A stretch of DNA of 64,000 bases, from contig NC_058382.1 of the NCBI RefSeq assembly GCF_018350175.1, forward strand, positions 14,570,001 through 14,634,000, written 5' to 3'. Positions 1 through 10,902 of this stretch are shown here, in pieces. The DNA is from Felis catus (taxonomy: Eukaryota). Both the position numbers and the translations under genes were made by a program. Positions within the stretch are counted from its first letter, which is position 1. Every line of letters starts with the position of its first letter. The notes below the pieces were generated by a model. The model was not told the origin of the DNA. It saw nothing but the letters and a program-made list of their open reading frames with translations, and searched no databases.

Positions 1-180
1 GTAGCCCCCCAACTTATCTGCGAGGAAATACGTTCCAAGACCCACTCCCCCCCCCCCACCGTGGATGCCTGAAACAGTGAATACCAAACCCAACACGTAC
101 GCTGTATTTTTTCCTATGTATGCATACCTTCGAGAAAAATCTGTAAATTAGGCACAGAGACAACAGCATATAATGAAAAA
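1..180 (+). mobile_element. MER44/Tigger7-like DNA transposon fragment (TcMar-Tigger)
   Basis: Starts with a GTAGCCCCCCAACTTATCTGCGAGG...TACGTTCCAAGACCC...GTGGATGCCTGAAAC pattern resembling the MER44 terminal sequence. Family recognised from memory. Confidence 0.55.
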
Positions 181-184
181 GGAC

Positions 185-395
185 AGGGGTGCCTGGGTGG
201 CTCAGTTAAGCATCCGACTTCGGCTGGGGTCACGATCTCGCGGTCCGTGAGTTCGAGCCCCGCGTCGGGCTCTGTGTTGACAGCTCAGAGCCTGGAGCCT
301 GCTTCGGATTCTGGGTCTCCCTCTCTCTCTCCGCCCCTCCCCCCCTCGCGCGCTGTCTCCCTCTGTCTCAAAAATCAACATTAAAAAAAATTACA
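185..395 (+). mobile_element. tRNA-derived carnivore SINE (SINEC_Fc type)
   Basis: GGGGTGCCTGGGTGGCTCAG head, (CT)n tract and A-rich tail. Dozens of similar copies occur throughout the window. Confidence 0.9.
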
Positions 396-3300
396 GTACA
401 AAAAAAACTTTTTTTAATATTTGAAAACTAAATAATTAAAAACGAATTACCCTCCTGCAATTTTAATGCGACACAAAATTTCACAGCCCGGTATCGTGCC
501 CTTGGGTATTTTCTACATGATTTGTAATCGCTGCAAACAAGCACCCGTCATTTAGATGAACTGTGACCAATTTATCCAAGCCCCTGTGTGAGGCATTTTT
601 GTTGAACGGCCCCCAAAAGGGGATGATACAGACCCAGGCCATGCCCAGGAGAAGCTGGAGATTAAGACGACCTTCATGTTTCTGGCTAACAGGACAAGCG
701 TCCTGTATAGACAACTGTCTTGGGCCATCCAGCCGCATTCCAGAAAGCTGTAGCTTCGGGTCATTTGGAGCCATGCGGGTATTCTTAGACTAAGGATGAA
801 GAAAACGAAGCGTTTGTGTCACACCCTGGCACCGGAAGGAGGCTCCCGAGAAAGTCTTCGGTTACAGAGGGGAAAGGCTCCGAAAACAGAGCAAGTGTCT
901 GGGGCGGTCGCATGAAAACCCCCCACCAGATACCCCCTTGAAAAAGTGTCTCCCCATGGGGTGCCTGCGGGGCTCAGTCGGTTAGGCATCTGACTCTTGG
1001 TTTGGGCTCAGGTCGTGACCTCATGGTTTGTGAAATCGAGCCCTGCATCGGGCTCTGTGCCGACAGCACGGAGCCTCCTTGGGATCCGCTGTCTCCCTCT
1101 CTCTTTGCCCCTCCCCTGCCCCCGTTCCCTCTCCCTCAACATAAATAAACATTTTTACATTTGTTTCTGTAGGGGCGCCTGGGTGGCTCAGTCAGTTAAG
1201 CACCTGACTTCTGGTTTCGGCTCATGTCATGACCTCAGCGTTTGTGAGTTCGAGCCCCACATTGGGCTCCACACCACTGACAGTACAAAGCTCTCTCTCT
1301 GCCCCTTCCCTGCTCGTGCGTGTCCTCTCTCACTCTCTCTCAGTATAAATAAACTTAAAAATGTGTTTTTAATTTTTAAATCTCCTTTAAAAAACATTCT
1401 CTTTATTTTTGTCCTGTAAAAAAACAAAAAAACAAAAAATTGTGAATCCCCTAATATGAGTTCCTTTAATTGTTTAGTCTGTGGCATGATTGACACTGTC
1501 CTCAAATGATCCAGAAATAGTGGCAGCAAGTCAGAGACAAAGATGCTTCAGCCACTGGAAGTACAGTCTTGGGAGCACTAGCCAACCCGGAATCTATCTC
1601 TAAGTTTTACTTTTATCTCCCCACGTGAGCACTTCTATTCAAGACACTATAATTTTGTTTATAGCCATTCCTATGCCCAGATAATAGGAAGGATTTTCAA
1701 CTTCTGCTGTAAGGTCATTTGGGGCCTCAGAGAGCAGGATTATATGTGCCTCCATAGGATTATAGCAAAATTACTACAATTTCTAGTTCCTCCCCTAATA
1801 ATATATGTTGTTACCTACGTCTGGGAACTCTTTTGTTAAGTATTTGTGATTTTCTGGGCAGCCTGAGAGTGGGAGCACGGACCTGTGGGTCTCCAGCCCA
1901 GCCTGGGAGCTGCCTTGAAGGAGCCCCACATGGGGTGTCTGTCTGGCTAGGTCACTGGAGCACACAACTCTTGATCTCGAGGTTGTGGGTTCAAGCCCCA
2001 CACTGGCTGTAGAGATGAGCCACACCTAGAGTGATGGCAGAGAGTCTGGTGAAGAGCTGTGTTTGAAGCAGCGAGGAGGCTGAATGTTGTGTTTTATAAA
2101 TGCGATGCTCGGACCAGGAAAATTAAATGAGAACATATAGCTACTCCTTTAAAAAAATTTTTTTTTAAGTTTCATTTGTTTAAGAAATCTCTACACCCAA
2201 CGTGGGGATCGAACTCATGACCCAGAGATCAAGAGTCACATATTCTCCTGACTGAGCCAGTCAAGCGCCCCCAGAATAGCTACTCCTGATAGGGCAGAGA
2301 GCAGTGAGTCATTAACGTTACTTGCTGATGCCCGGGAATCACAGCCATCATGATGGGAGTCACCACCAGCAAAATCAAAGATAGAATTTCCTGGGGCGCC
2401 CGAGTGGCACAGTAGGTTAAGGGTCCGACTTTGGCTCAGGTCATGATCTCAAGGTTCATGAGTTCAAGTCCTGCACTGGGCTCTGTGCTGACAGCTCAGA
2501 GCCTGGAGCCTGCTTCAGATTCTGTCTCTCCCTCTCTCCTCTGACCCTGTTACCCTCTGTCTCTCTCTCTCAAAAATAAACATTAAAAAAATAAATTGAA
2601 AAAAAGAATTTCCCTCTCTGAAGTCTTTCCATTAATTAGAATAAAGAGAACGTAATTGGAGAACCAATATTTAAGATGTTGTAATATTATGAGACACATA
2701 ACAAAAATAGCAATGACTATGTACCTATCAAGAAAATGAACTACTGGGGTGCCTCACTGGCTCAGTCCACGGAGCATGTGTCTCTTGATCTCCACTTGGT
2801 GAGTTCGAGCCCCACATTGGGCTTATTAGAGTTTACTTAAAATTTTAAAAAATGTTTAAAGAAAATTAACTATTTATAACCACAATGGAAAACATGGGTG
2901 AATCTCATAAAAATAGTGCGTGAAAGAAACCAGACACAAGGGTATACAATTTCAAAAAGTAAGCGACACTGGCAGGTCTGGGTGGCTCAGTCAGTTAATT
3001 CACTGGATTTCTGCTCAGGTCGTGAGTTCTAATTCCTCATCGGGGCTCTGCACTGAGGGGGCGAGCCTGGTTGGGATTCTCTATCTCAAAAATAAACTTA
3101 AAAAAATTTTTTAATAAGCAAAACTAAAATACAGGAATGCACCCCCAGGAATAGAACAAAAAGCAAAGCAAGTAAACAATGACCATAAATACCAGGCTAG
3201 TAGTTACCTCCCGGTAGAAAGGAGATTCTTGTGAAGGGGGAAGGGTTCGGGAGTATGGGGAGTCAATTTCCAGTGGTGGTTACATGGCTGTTCACTTTCT

Positions 3301-3431
3301 GATAAACCATTCCGCTGTATACTTTTGTATACGTTTCTGCATATAGGTTATGTCACACAAATAAGATTTAGAAGAACATAACCGTCCAAGAGTAGCTAAA
3401 GAAGTTTTAAAGATAACAAGGGGGGGGGGGG

Positions 3432-3655
3432 GGGCGCCTGGGTGGCACAGTCGGTTAAGCGTCCGACTTCAGCCGGGTCACGATCTCGCGGTCCGGGAGT
3501 TCGAGCCCCGCGTCGGGCTCTGGGCTGATGGCTCAGAGCCTGGAGCCTGTTTCCGATTCTGTGTCTCCCTCTCTCGCTGCCCCTCCCCCGTTCATGCTCT
3601 GTCTCTCTCTGTCCCAAAAATGAATAAACGTTGAAAAAAAAATTAAAAAAAAAAA
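3432..3655 (+). mobile_element. Young felid Can-SINE with target-site duplication
   Basis: Full-length SINE flanked by AAAGATAACAAGGGG at ~3409-3423 and ~3653-3667. Confidence 0.9.
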
Positions 3656-4234
3656 GATAACAAGGGGGTATTATTATAAAGCTTTAATTGTTAAGAGGAT
3701 TGTTATGGGGGGGGGGGGGCACCTGGGTGGCTCAGTCCCTTAAGTCTCCGACTTCACAGTTCCTGGGCCCCATGTCCGGCTCTGTGCTGACAGCTCAGAG
3801 CCTGGAGCCTGCTTGGGATTTTGTGTCTCCCTGTCTCTCTGCCCCTCCCCCACTCGTGCGCACGTGCGCTCTCTCTCCTTCAAAAATAAACATTAAAAAT
3901 GTAAAAAAAAAAAAAAAAAAAGAGAGAGAGAGAGGATTGCTATGGGGAAGATAGGCAAATGAATAAATGGAAAATAATAAAGAACATCCTCCCCACCCAC
4001 CCACCCACCCCCCAAACAAACAAAAAACCAAGAATCTAGGATATCCTGGTGTATAATACAGGCAGCGTTTCTGTTTTTCATTGCAAAAAGCTTTATTGTT
4101 TCCATCGGGTCGACAGTTTGGGAGAGGGCTCCGTCGTCGTGGTTAAAAAGCTGCTCAGACAAGCCCAGGCTGAAGCCCTGGCACTAAGGGGATGCCAGAG
4201 GGGCCCCTCCAAGGTTGCTGGGCTCCAGAGGCTG

Positions 4235-4762
4235 CTAGTCGAGCTTGAAGGTGAGCCTTTCGAAGAGATACTCGCCCAGCGCGGCCTGAGGGCCGGCCAG
4301 CCTGCGGAGGTTAGTCAGGTGGCTGCCCATCTGCTTGATGAGTTTCACCTCCTCGCCCAGGAAGTGGTTCTCCAGGAAGTCACAGAGATAAGCGTCGGCA
4401 CGGGCAGAACCCAGGGCATGCAGATCCAAAATTGCCTCGTTCAGGTTCTTCTCCAGGACTAGAGCCGTTTCCATGGCGTCCAGGGCTTTACCCCACTCGT
4501 CGTGCGACGGCTTCTGCACGTCCTGGAAGAGCGCGCTGCCGCTCCGCTGGTTTTGCAACTTCAAGAGCCGCTGGGCACCCTCGCGCTTCTTCAGGGCTAA
4601 CTCGCGGAAGAAGTGGCCCAAGCCCTGCAGAGCCACATCGCTGCTGTCGAAATAGAAGCCCAGAGAGAGGTAGGTGTTGGAGGCCCGCAGATGCATGTTG
4701 ACCAGGCAGTTGACGGAGGCCTCCACCTCGGGGGAATAATTCTGACGACACTGAGAGCTCAT
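4235..4762 (-). CDS. FTL: Ferritin light chain retrocopy with intact 175-aa ORF (retrogene or young processed pseudogene)
   Basis: Intronless [21 protein letters not shown]...[14 protein letters not shown], 528 nt, the same length as FTL. An FTL-like 5' UTR extends to ~4970, and AATAAA at 4092-4097 is followed by an A-rich stub. This is a paralogous retrocopy, not the parent locus. Confidence 0.9.
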   Translation of the reverse strand: MSSQCRQNYSPEVEASVNCLVNMHLRASNTYLSLGFYFDSSDVALQGLGHFFRELALKKREGAQRLLKLQNQRSGSALFQDVQKPSHDEWGKALDAMETALVLEKNLNEAILDLHALGSARADAYLCDFLENHFLGEEVKLIKQMGSHLTNLRRLAGPQAALGEYLFERLTFKLD

Positions 4763-4907
4763 GATTGGCCGGCAACAAGGCGCTAAGCTCAAAAAACGGT
4801 GTTGGTTGGCCCCAGAGGCAGAGGGTGGCTGAGAAGGTGGTTCCGGGGGTTGAGACTGTAAAGGCGGCTGGAGGGTGGTCTGAGGCTGGAATAAGGGGTG
4901 TCCCTGG

Positions 4908-4945
4908 GTCTGGTCAGTCCAAGTTCTGTTGAAGCACGAGGCAGA
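4908..4945 (-). promoter_or_regulatory. Degenerate iron-responsive element in the FTL retrocopy 5' UTR
   Basis: Minus strand reads TGC-TTCAA-CAGAAC-TTGGA. The bulge C and 5-bp upper stem are retained, but the loop is CAGAAC instead of CAGUGN. Confidence 0.75.
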
Positions 4946-5089
4946 TCCAGCGGACCGCCGGGCGCACTGCAGATGTGGCATTATAATCACCAGAGAACAA
5001 GCGTAGAGAGGAGCATGTTGGGTGGAACCTGGGGAAAGCCAACAAGAAGCAACCTTGTAACACTCTCCTGGGGTAAACGTTAAACTGAC

Positions 5090-5830
5090 TCAAACGGAAA
5101 ATAGGGACGCGCCCTTCGACGTGCCGTTGCCCGCTCGGGGCCGTTTCGGCTGTGATGACGCTTCTGGCCGCGAGGTGGCGCCCGGCGGGGCACGGGCGCC
5201 GGGAATGACGCGTGCGCAGCGCTCCTAGGTGTATCCGTAGGATAAACGCACGCGCCGCGTTCACCGGTGCGCACAGCGCTCGCGCACACGCACTTACGCG
5301 CCCGCCCGTAGTCGCGACGTCCCGTTTTTCCAATTTTTCTGGGAGCGGCCCAGCTGACCCCGGGGTCCGAGATGTCCGAGCTGCCCCCCGACAGCGGTGT
5401 CCGGCAGACGGACGCGGCGAATGGCCACCGCGACGCCCCGCGGGCGGAGGTAGGCGGCGGGAGGCGGGAGCCGGCCCCGGCGGGGCCTGCGGAGCCCGGG
5501 GAAGGTCCGGTGGCGGCGCCCGGGGAGGCCCGCGACGCACAGGTAGCCCGAGTGTTGGCGGAGCCAGCGGAGGAAGAGGGCGCGCAGGCCAGACCCCGAT
5601 CCCGGCCCGGGAACGGCCCGGGGCTGGCTGCGTTGCCGTACCTCCGCCTCCGTCACCCACTTAGCGTTTTAGGAATCAATTACCAGCAGTTCCTGCGCCA
5701 CTACCTGGAACACTACCCGATCGCTCCGGGCAGAATTCAGGAGCTGGGAGAACGCCGCAGGAGGTTTGTGGAGGCCTGCAGAGCCCGGGAAGCAGCGTTT
5801 GATGCCGAGTACCAGCGGAATCCCCAGAGG
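5090..5830. promoter_or_regulatory. CpG island / EID2 promoter
   Basis: Very GC- and CpG-rich stretch with TGACG and GCGCA motifs upstream of, and overlapping, the EID2 ORF. Confidence 0.75.
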
Positions 5831-5935
5831 ATGGATTTTGACATTTTGACATTTACGGTAGCCCTCACTGCGTCCGAGGTCATCAATCCTCTGATAGAGG
5901 AACTTGGTTGTGACAAGTACATAAGCAGAGAATAG
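5372..5935 (+). CDS. EID2: EP300-interacting inhibitor of differentiation 2
   Basis: Single-exon 187-aa ORF containing [29 protein letters not shown]...[20 protein letters not shown]...LIEELGCDK, characteristic of EID2. Its syntenic position next to SELENOV agrees. Confidence 0.95.
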   Translation: MSELPPDSGVRQTDAANGHRDAPRAEVGGGRREPAPAGPAEPGEGPVAAPGEARDAQVARVLAEPAEEEGAQARPRSRPGNGPGLAALPYLRLRHPLSVLGINYQQFLRHYLEHYPIAPGRIQELGERRRRFVEACRAREAAFDAEYQRNPQRMDFDILTFTVALTASEVINPLIEELGCDKYISRE

Positions 5936-6977
5936 TCCGGTGGCGAAACCACTGCAGAGGGGAGCCTCTGTTTTCAAGTCTCGCGCCAGTCCTGTCCCTC
6001 GATTTTAGAAGGTCAAAGTGTATGAGATAAGGCGAGGCATAGTTGCGGGGGGGGGGGGGGGAGGGCGTTTATCGCGACAAAGCCTCAGAAAAGAAATTCA
6101 AAGCCTTGTGACTCCTGTAACTGTTGAGTTTGGGGTTGATACAGAGCCTTCTCCCTGTGTTGTGGAAATGACTTTCAAAACTGCTTCACTGAAAAGTGAA
6201 GGATAGTTTTCAGGACGTTGAGACCCGATGAAGAACTGTGGCCGGTATCGGAGCCCGTGATGACGAAAGAAACTCTCAAATCGTGATGGGGAGGAGTAAG
6301 GAGCCACGGCGGAGTTACCCCGTGGAGAGACTGGAAGCCTATGGCGAGAACTTGACATTGTCCGAATATGTGCTCTGTTCACGTCCGGTTCAACAGAAGG
6401 TTTTAGCACGAGATCGACTTTGTGTTCTGTGAAGCATTTCAAACGGCAAGCAGTGTAACTTGTTGTATATATTACCTGATAAACCTTGTATTCGAGAATA
6501 GCTGAAGATTCTGGATTTTTTTTCTTTCATTTTTAATGTGTTTAAGCTTTTTTATTTATTTTTTTTTTTTGGTAAACCTATTCAGAAAACCCCCAAAACG
6601 TGAAATATACACGGAAAGTTCTTCCCATCCCTGTCCCCTCCATCCAGTCCCCGCCACAACCCACATCTGCAAGGTGCCTCTCCTGTCGTTGCCTTGTGTA
6701 CACACAAGCAAATGCAAATTTGGGTGTTTTTTTTTTTTCATTTCTTCACAAAAGTGGGCATACTTACTGATTTACACGTTGCTTATTCAGTAAGTATGTA
6801 CCTTGAAGATCCTTCCAAACCACTGCATTGCCTCGTTCTTTGTTCTTTTTCAGAGCTGCGTTCTGTTTCATTCTGTGGTTGATTATGTTGTAATTTACTT
6901 ATCCAGGAGCATATCGATGGGCATTCACGTTCTCCATCTTTGTCTTTAGATTTTTTTATGTCAGAAATTCATCATTT

Positions 6978-7205
6978 GGGGCGCCTGGGTGGCGCAGTCG
7001 GTTAAGCGTCCGACTTCAGCCAGGTCACGATCTCGGGGTCCGTGAGTTCGAGCCCCGCGTCGGGCTCTGGGCTGATGGCTCGGAGCCTGGAGCCTGTTTC
7101 CGATTCTGTGTCTCCCTCTCTCTCTGCCCCTCCCCCGTTCATGCTCTGTCTCTCTCTGTCCCAGAAATAAATAAACGTTGAAAAAAAAATTTTTAAAAAA
7201 AAGAA
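6978..7205 (+). mobile_element. Young felid Can-SINE with TSD
   Basis: Flanked by AGAAATTCATCATTT at 6963-6977 and 7206-7220. Confidence 0.9.
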
Positions 7206-7320
7206 AGAAATTCATCATTTATTTTAGAAGATAATTCTTAGTAAAATCTAATTTTTGATCCGACAGATTTTCCTTTTTTTTTTTTTTTTAACCTTTTATC
7301 GCTTCACCCATTTTCTGTTG

Positions 7321-7355
<35 letters not shown>

Positions 7356-8123
7356 TGTGAAAGGTAACCTTGTATGCATATCACAGGGCCTGTGCGCAAA
7401 TGCTTTGATGGAAATGACCTTGTCGTGTTTTGCCATCTGTGCAATGGGGCATAGCGTAACCTTTGATGGTGTAATACGGCATTTTTCCTTGGGGCATCTT
7501 CTAATCAGCAGCTTCTTAGATGCTTTGTTATGTGTAACATCCATAGTGTGAATTTCCAGAAGTGAGAATTCTGGGCCAGGGTACTCATTGGAAATTGTAT
7601 GTATACTCCCTTTTCTGTGAACCCTGTGTTCGTATCTTTTATCCATTTCTCTCCTGAAGAATTGTTGTTCTTTGTTGATTCCAGTAGCTGGCGGTGTAAT
7701 ATGTGAGATAGGATAATAGCTTGTAATGTGAGTTATGGATATCTTTCCCCAGTTAGTCACTTGTGTCTGGTTTTCCTGAAAGCCTTTGGGCAGGCAGGTT
7801 TTTGGTTTTGTTTTGTTTTGTTTTGTTTTTTTTTGCTGTTTTCTTTTAAACCAGTAAGGTATCGAATCTCAAGATTTTCTTGGGGGGTGTGTGTGCGTGT
7901 GTGTAGTTTCTTTGTGCATATTTGAGTCTCTGAACACTTGGAATTTATCCTGATGTACAGTAAGAATTCAAAATTTATTTTTCAGGGGCTACTGGTTGCC
8001 CCAGCACCAGTTACCAACTAGTCCTTCTTTTCCCTGCTCACTTTGTTTAAAGATGCCCCTTCGTCATATGCTAAGCTGTGTTTTCGATTTTCTGACTACG
8101 TAGTTTTAAATCTGGTAGTTTTT

Positions 8124-8334
8124 TTTTCAACGTTTATTTATTTTTGGGGGGGACAGAGAGAGACAGAGCATGAACGGCGGAGGGGCAGCGAGAGAGGGAG
8201 ACACAGAATCGGAAACAGGCTCCAGGCTCTGAGCCATCAGCCCAGAGCCCGACGCGGGGCTCGAACTCACGGACCGCGAGATCGTGACCTGGCTGAAGTC
8301 GGACGCTTAACCGACTGCGCCACCCAGGCGCCCC
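8124..8334 (-). mobile_element. Young felid Can-SINE with TSD
   Basis: Flanked by AAATCTGGTAGTTTTT at ~8108 and ~8335. Confidence 0.9.
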
Positions 8335-8902
8335 AAATCTGGTAGTTTTTGATGTTTATTTGTTTTTGAGAGAGCGCGCGAGCAGGGGAGGGGCAGAGAG
8401 AGAGGGAGACACAAAATCTGAAACAGACTCCAGGCTCTGAGCTGTCAGCACAGAGCCCCATGCGAGGCTCGAGCTCACAAACTGTGAAATCATGACCTGA
8501 GCTGAAGTCAGATACTTAACTGACTGAGCCCCCCAGGCGCCTCTCAAGCAAAGCTTTTTTTTTTTTTTTTTTTTTTTAGAATCACATAACAGTTAATTTA
8601 TCATTAAGATACTGAGTCTTCCTATCCCAATGGTCTATTTTCCCTTTAAAATTTTTTTTTTTTTAAGTAATCTCTACACCCAACGTGGGGCTCAAACTCA
8701 CAACCCTGAGATCAAGAGTCACGTGCTCTGCAGACTGAGCCAGCCAGGCACCCCTATTTTCCCATTTTTTAAAAGACTTCCCCCCCCCCCCCAAAAAATG
8801 TGGCACCCAGCTGGCTCAGTTGAGCACCTGACTCTTGATTTAGTTAGGCTCAGGTGGTGATCCCAGGGTCCTGGGATGAAGCCTCATGAGCCTGCTTGAG
8901 GT

Positions 8903-8996
8903 ATTCTCTCTCGCTCTCTCTCGCTCTCTCTCGCTCTCTCTCGCTCTCTCTCGCTCTCTCTCGCTCTCTCTCGCTCTCTCTCGCTCTCTCTCTCTC
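8903..8996. repeat. (CTCTCTCG)n microsatellite expanded from a SINE CT tract
   Basis: About ten near-perfect repeats of tcgctctctc-type units are directly visible. Confidence 0.85.
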
Positions 8997-9244
8997 AATT
9001 AAAAGAACAAACAAACTTCCTTTGTGTCCTTCAGAAGAGTGTTAGGAGCGCCTGGGTGGCTCAGTCGGTTCAGCGTCCCAACTTCAGCTCAGGTTATAAT
9101 CTCGCGGTTCGTGAGTTCAAGCCCACATCGGGCTGGTGGCTGTCAGCACGGAGCCTGCTTCAGATCTGTCCCTTTCTCTCTCTCTGCTCCTTCCCTGCTG
9201 GTTCTCTCTCTCTCAAAACAAATAAGTAAACTTTAAAAAAATAA

Positions 9245-9900
9245 CCCTAGGATCACTGAAGATTCCGCAAAGGCCTTTGACAAAATTCAGTAATCATTCT
9301 TGATCAAACACCCACCGAGCAATAGACACATATGTGAAGAACTTCCACAAAATCAGGAACAAGACAAGGGTGCTTGACTATCATTCACATTGTTTTACAG
9401 GAGACAGAAGGCACCGGCCCAGGAATTAATAAGGAGAAAGAAATTCAAGGTAGAAAAGTTGTAAAGAGGCATTACTTTGACTGTTTGATATGACCTGTTC
9501 TTCAACCTAAGAACCACAGGAAAAACTACTATAAACAAGAGAATTCGGTGTGTTAACAGGCTATCAAATAAATGTGGAGACATTACATTTTTTTGAAATC
9601 AATTATCCTCTTTCTATTTGAGAGAGAGAGAGAGAGAGTGCTAGCAGGGGAGAGGGGCAGCGGGAGAACGAGAATCCCAAGCAGGCTCCACGCTCGGCGC
9701 TGAGCCCGATCCCGCAACCCTGGGATCACCACCTGAGCCGATGTCAAGAGTTGGACGCTCAACCGACTGAGCTCCCCGGGTGCCCGGAAATGCATTATTT
9801 TCAAACACACAGGCAAACTTTTAGAAAAAATGTAACAGAAAGAATCCTCATTTATGCAGAAAAAACAGGAAAGATAAAGTAGCTAGGAATAAATAGATCT
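9245..9900 (+). mobile_element. Old LINE-1 ORF2 fragment interrupted by a SINE
   Basis: TTTGACAAAATTCA, AACAAGACAAGGGTG and AGAAAGAAATTCAAGG match L1 ORF2 motifs. No open frame. Confidence 0.6.
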
Positions 9901-10683
9901 GCCAGAGATCTACTTTCGGAACATTCATTTAGGGGCAAACAATATTCTTTTGGTTTAAATATTTATTTTTTTGAGGGCGAGCACGCGCGAGCCAGCGTGG
10001 GCAGGGGAGGGGCCGAAGAGGGGGGTGGAGGTTTTGAAGTGGGCTCTGTGCTGAAGCCAGATCAGGACCTGAGCGGAAGTTGGACCTTAACCCACTGAGC
10101 CACCCGGACGCCCTCCTACGGTTATTTTTATAGTCCCCACCATGATGAAGTAGTTACTGATAATGCACGATCTTCGTGTGCCTCGAGTGATCCTTATTTA
10201 CAAATGAGGTATAAGCCTTTTGATGTGCTTCTGGATGTCTGTCTTTTTTGTTTTTTCTTTCAGTAGGCTTCCCGCCCAGCACAGAGCCCACCTGAGCTGA
10301 GGAGTGGCCGGGTGGCTCGATCAGTGTCCCAACTCCTGATTTCAGATCAGGTCATGATCCCAGGGTTGTGGGATCGAGCCCCACATCGGGCTCTGAGCTG
10401 AGCAAGGAATCTGCTTGGGATTTTCTCTCTCTCTTCCCGCCTCCACCCCCTCCTCAGCCTCTCACCCTCTTCAAAACAAATAAACAAACTTAAAAAAAAA
10501 AAAAAAAAAAAAAAGGCCTGAGCTGAGACCAAGAGTCTGACACTTAACTGACTGAACCACTCAGGCGCCGCCCCCCCCCCCCCCAGCTTTTATTTAAGGA
10601 TGTTCGTAGAAGTGTTCCCTAAGTGTCATTTTCTTGTGCACTATTTGTTAGTTTTAGAGTTTTTTTGTTGTTGTTGTTTTGTT

Positions 10684-10902
10684 TTTTTTAATTTTTTTTT
10701 CAACGTTTATTTATTTTTGGGACAGAGAGAGACAGAGCATGAATGGGGGAGGGGCAGAGAGAGAGGGAGACACAGAATCAGAAACAGGCTCCAGGCTCCG
10801 GGCCATCAGCCCAGAGCCCGACGCGGGGCTCGAACTCACGGACCGCGAGATCGTGACCTGGCTGAGGTCGGACACTTAACCGACTGCGCCACCCAGGCGC
10901 CC
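10684..10902 (-). mobile_element. Young felid Can-SINE with TSD
   Basis: Flanked by GTTAGTTTTAGAGTTT at ~10647 and ~10905. Confidence 0.88.

Noticed and set aside
481-793. Overlapping short ORFs near the window start (possible galectin or transposase exon)
   Set aside because: No recognisable motif in any frame and no convincing splice context.
4914-5664. Long GC-rich ORFs (248 aa minus, 150 aa plus) over the EID2 island
   Set aside because: Low-complexity Pro/Arg/Gly translations expected from stop-poor CpG-island sequence.
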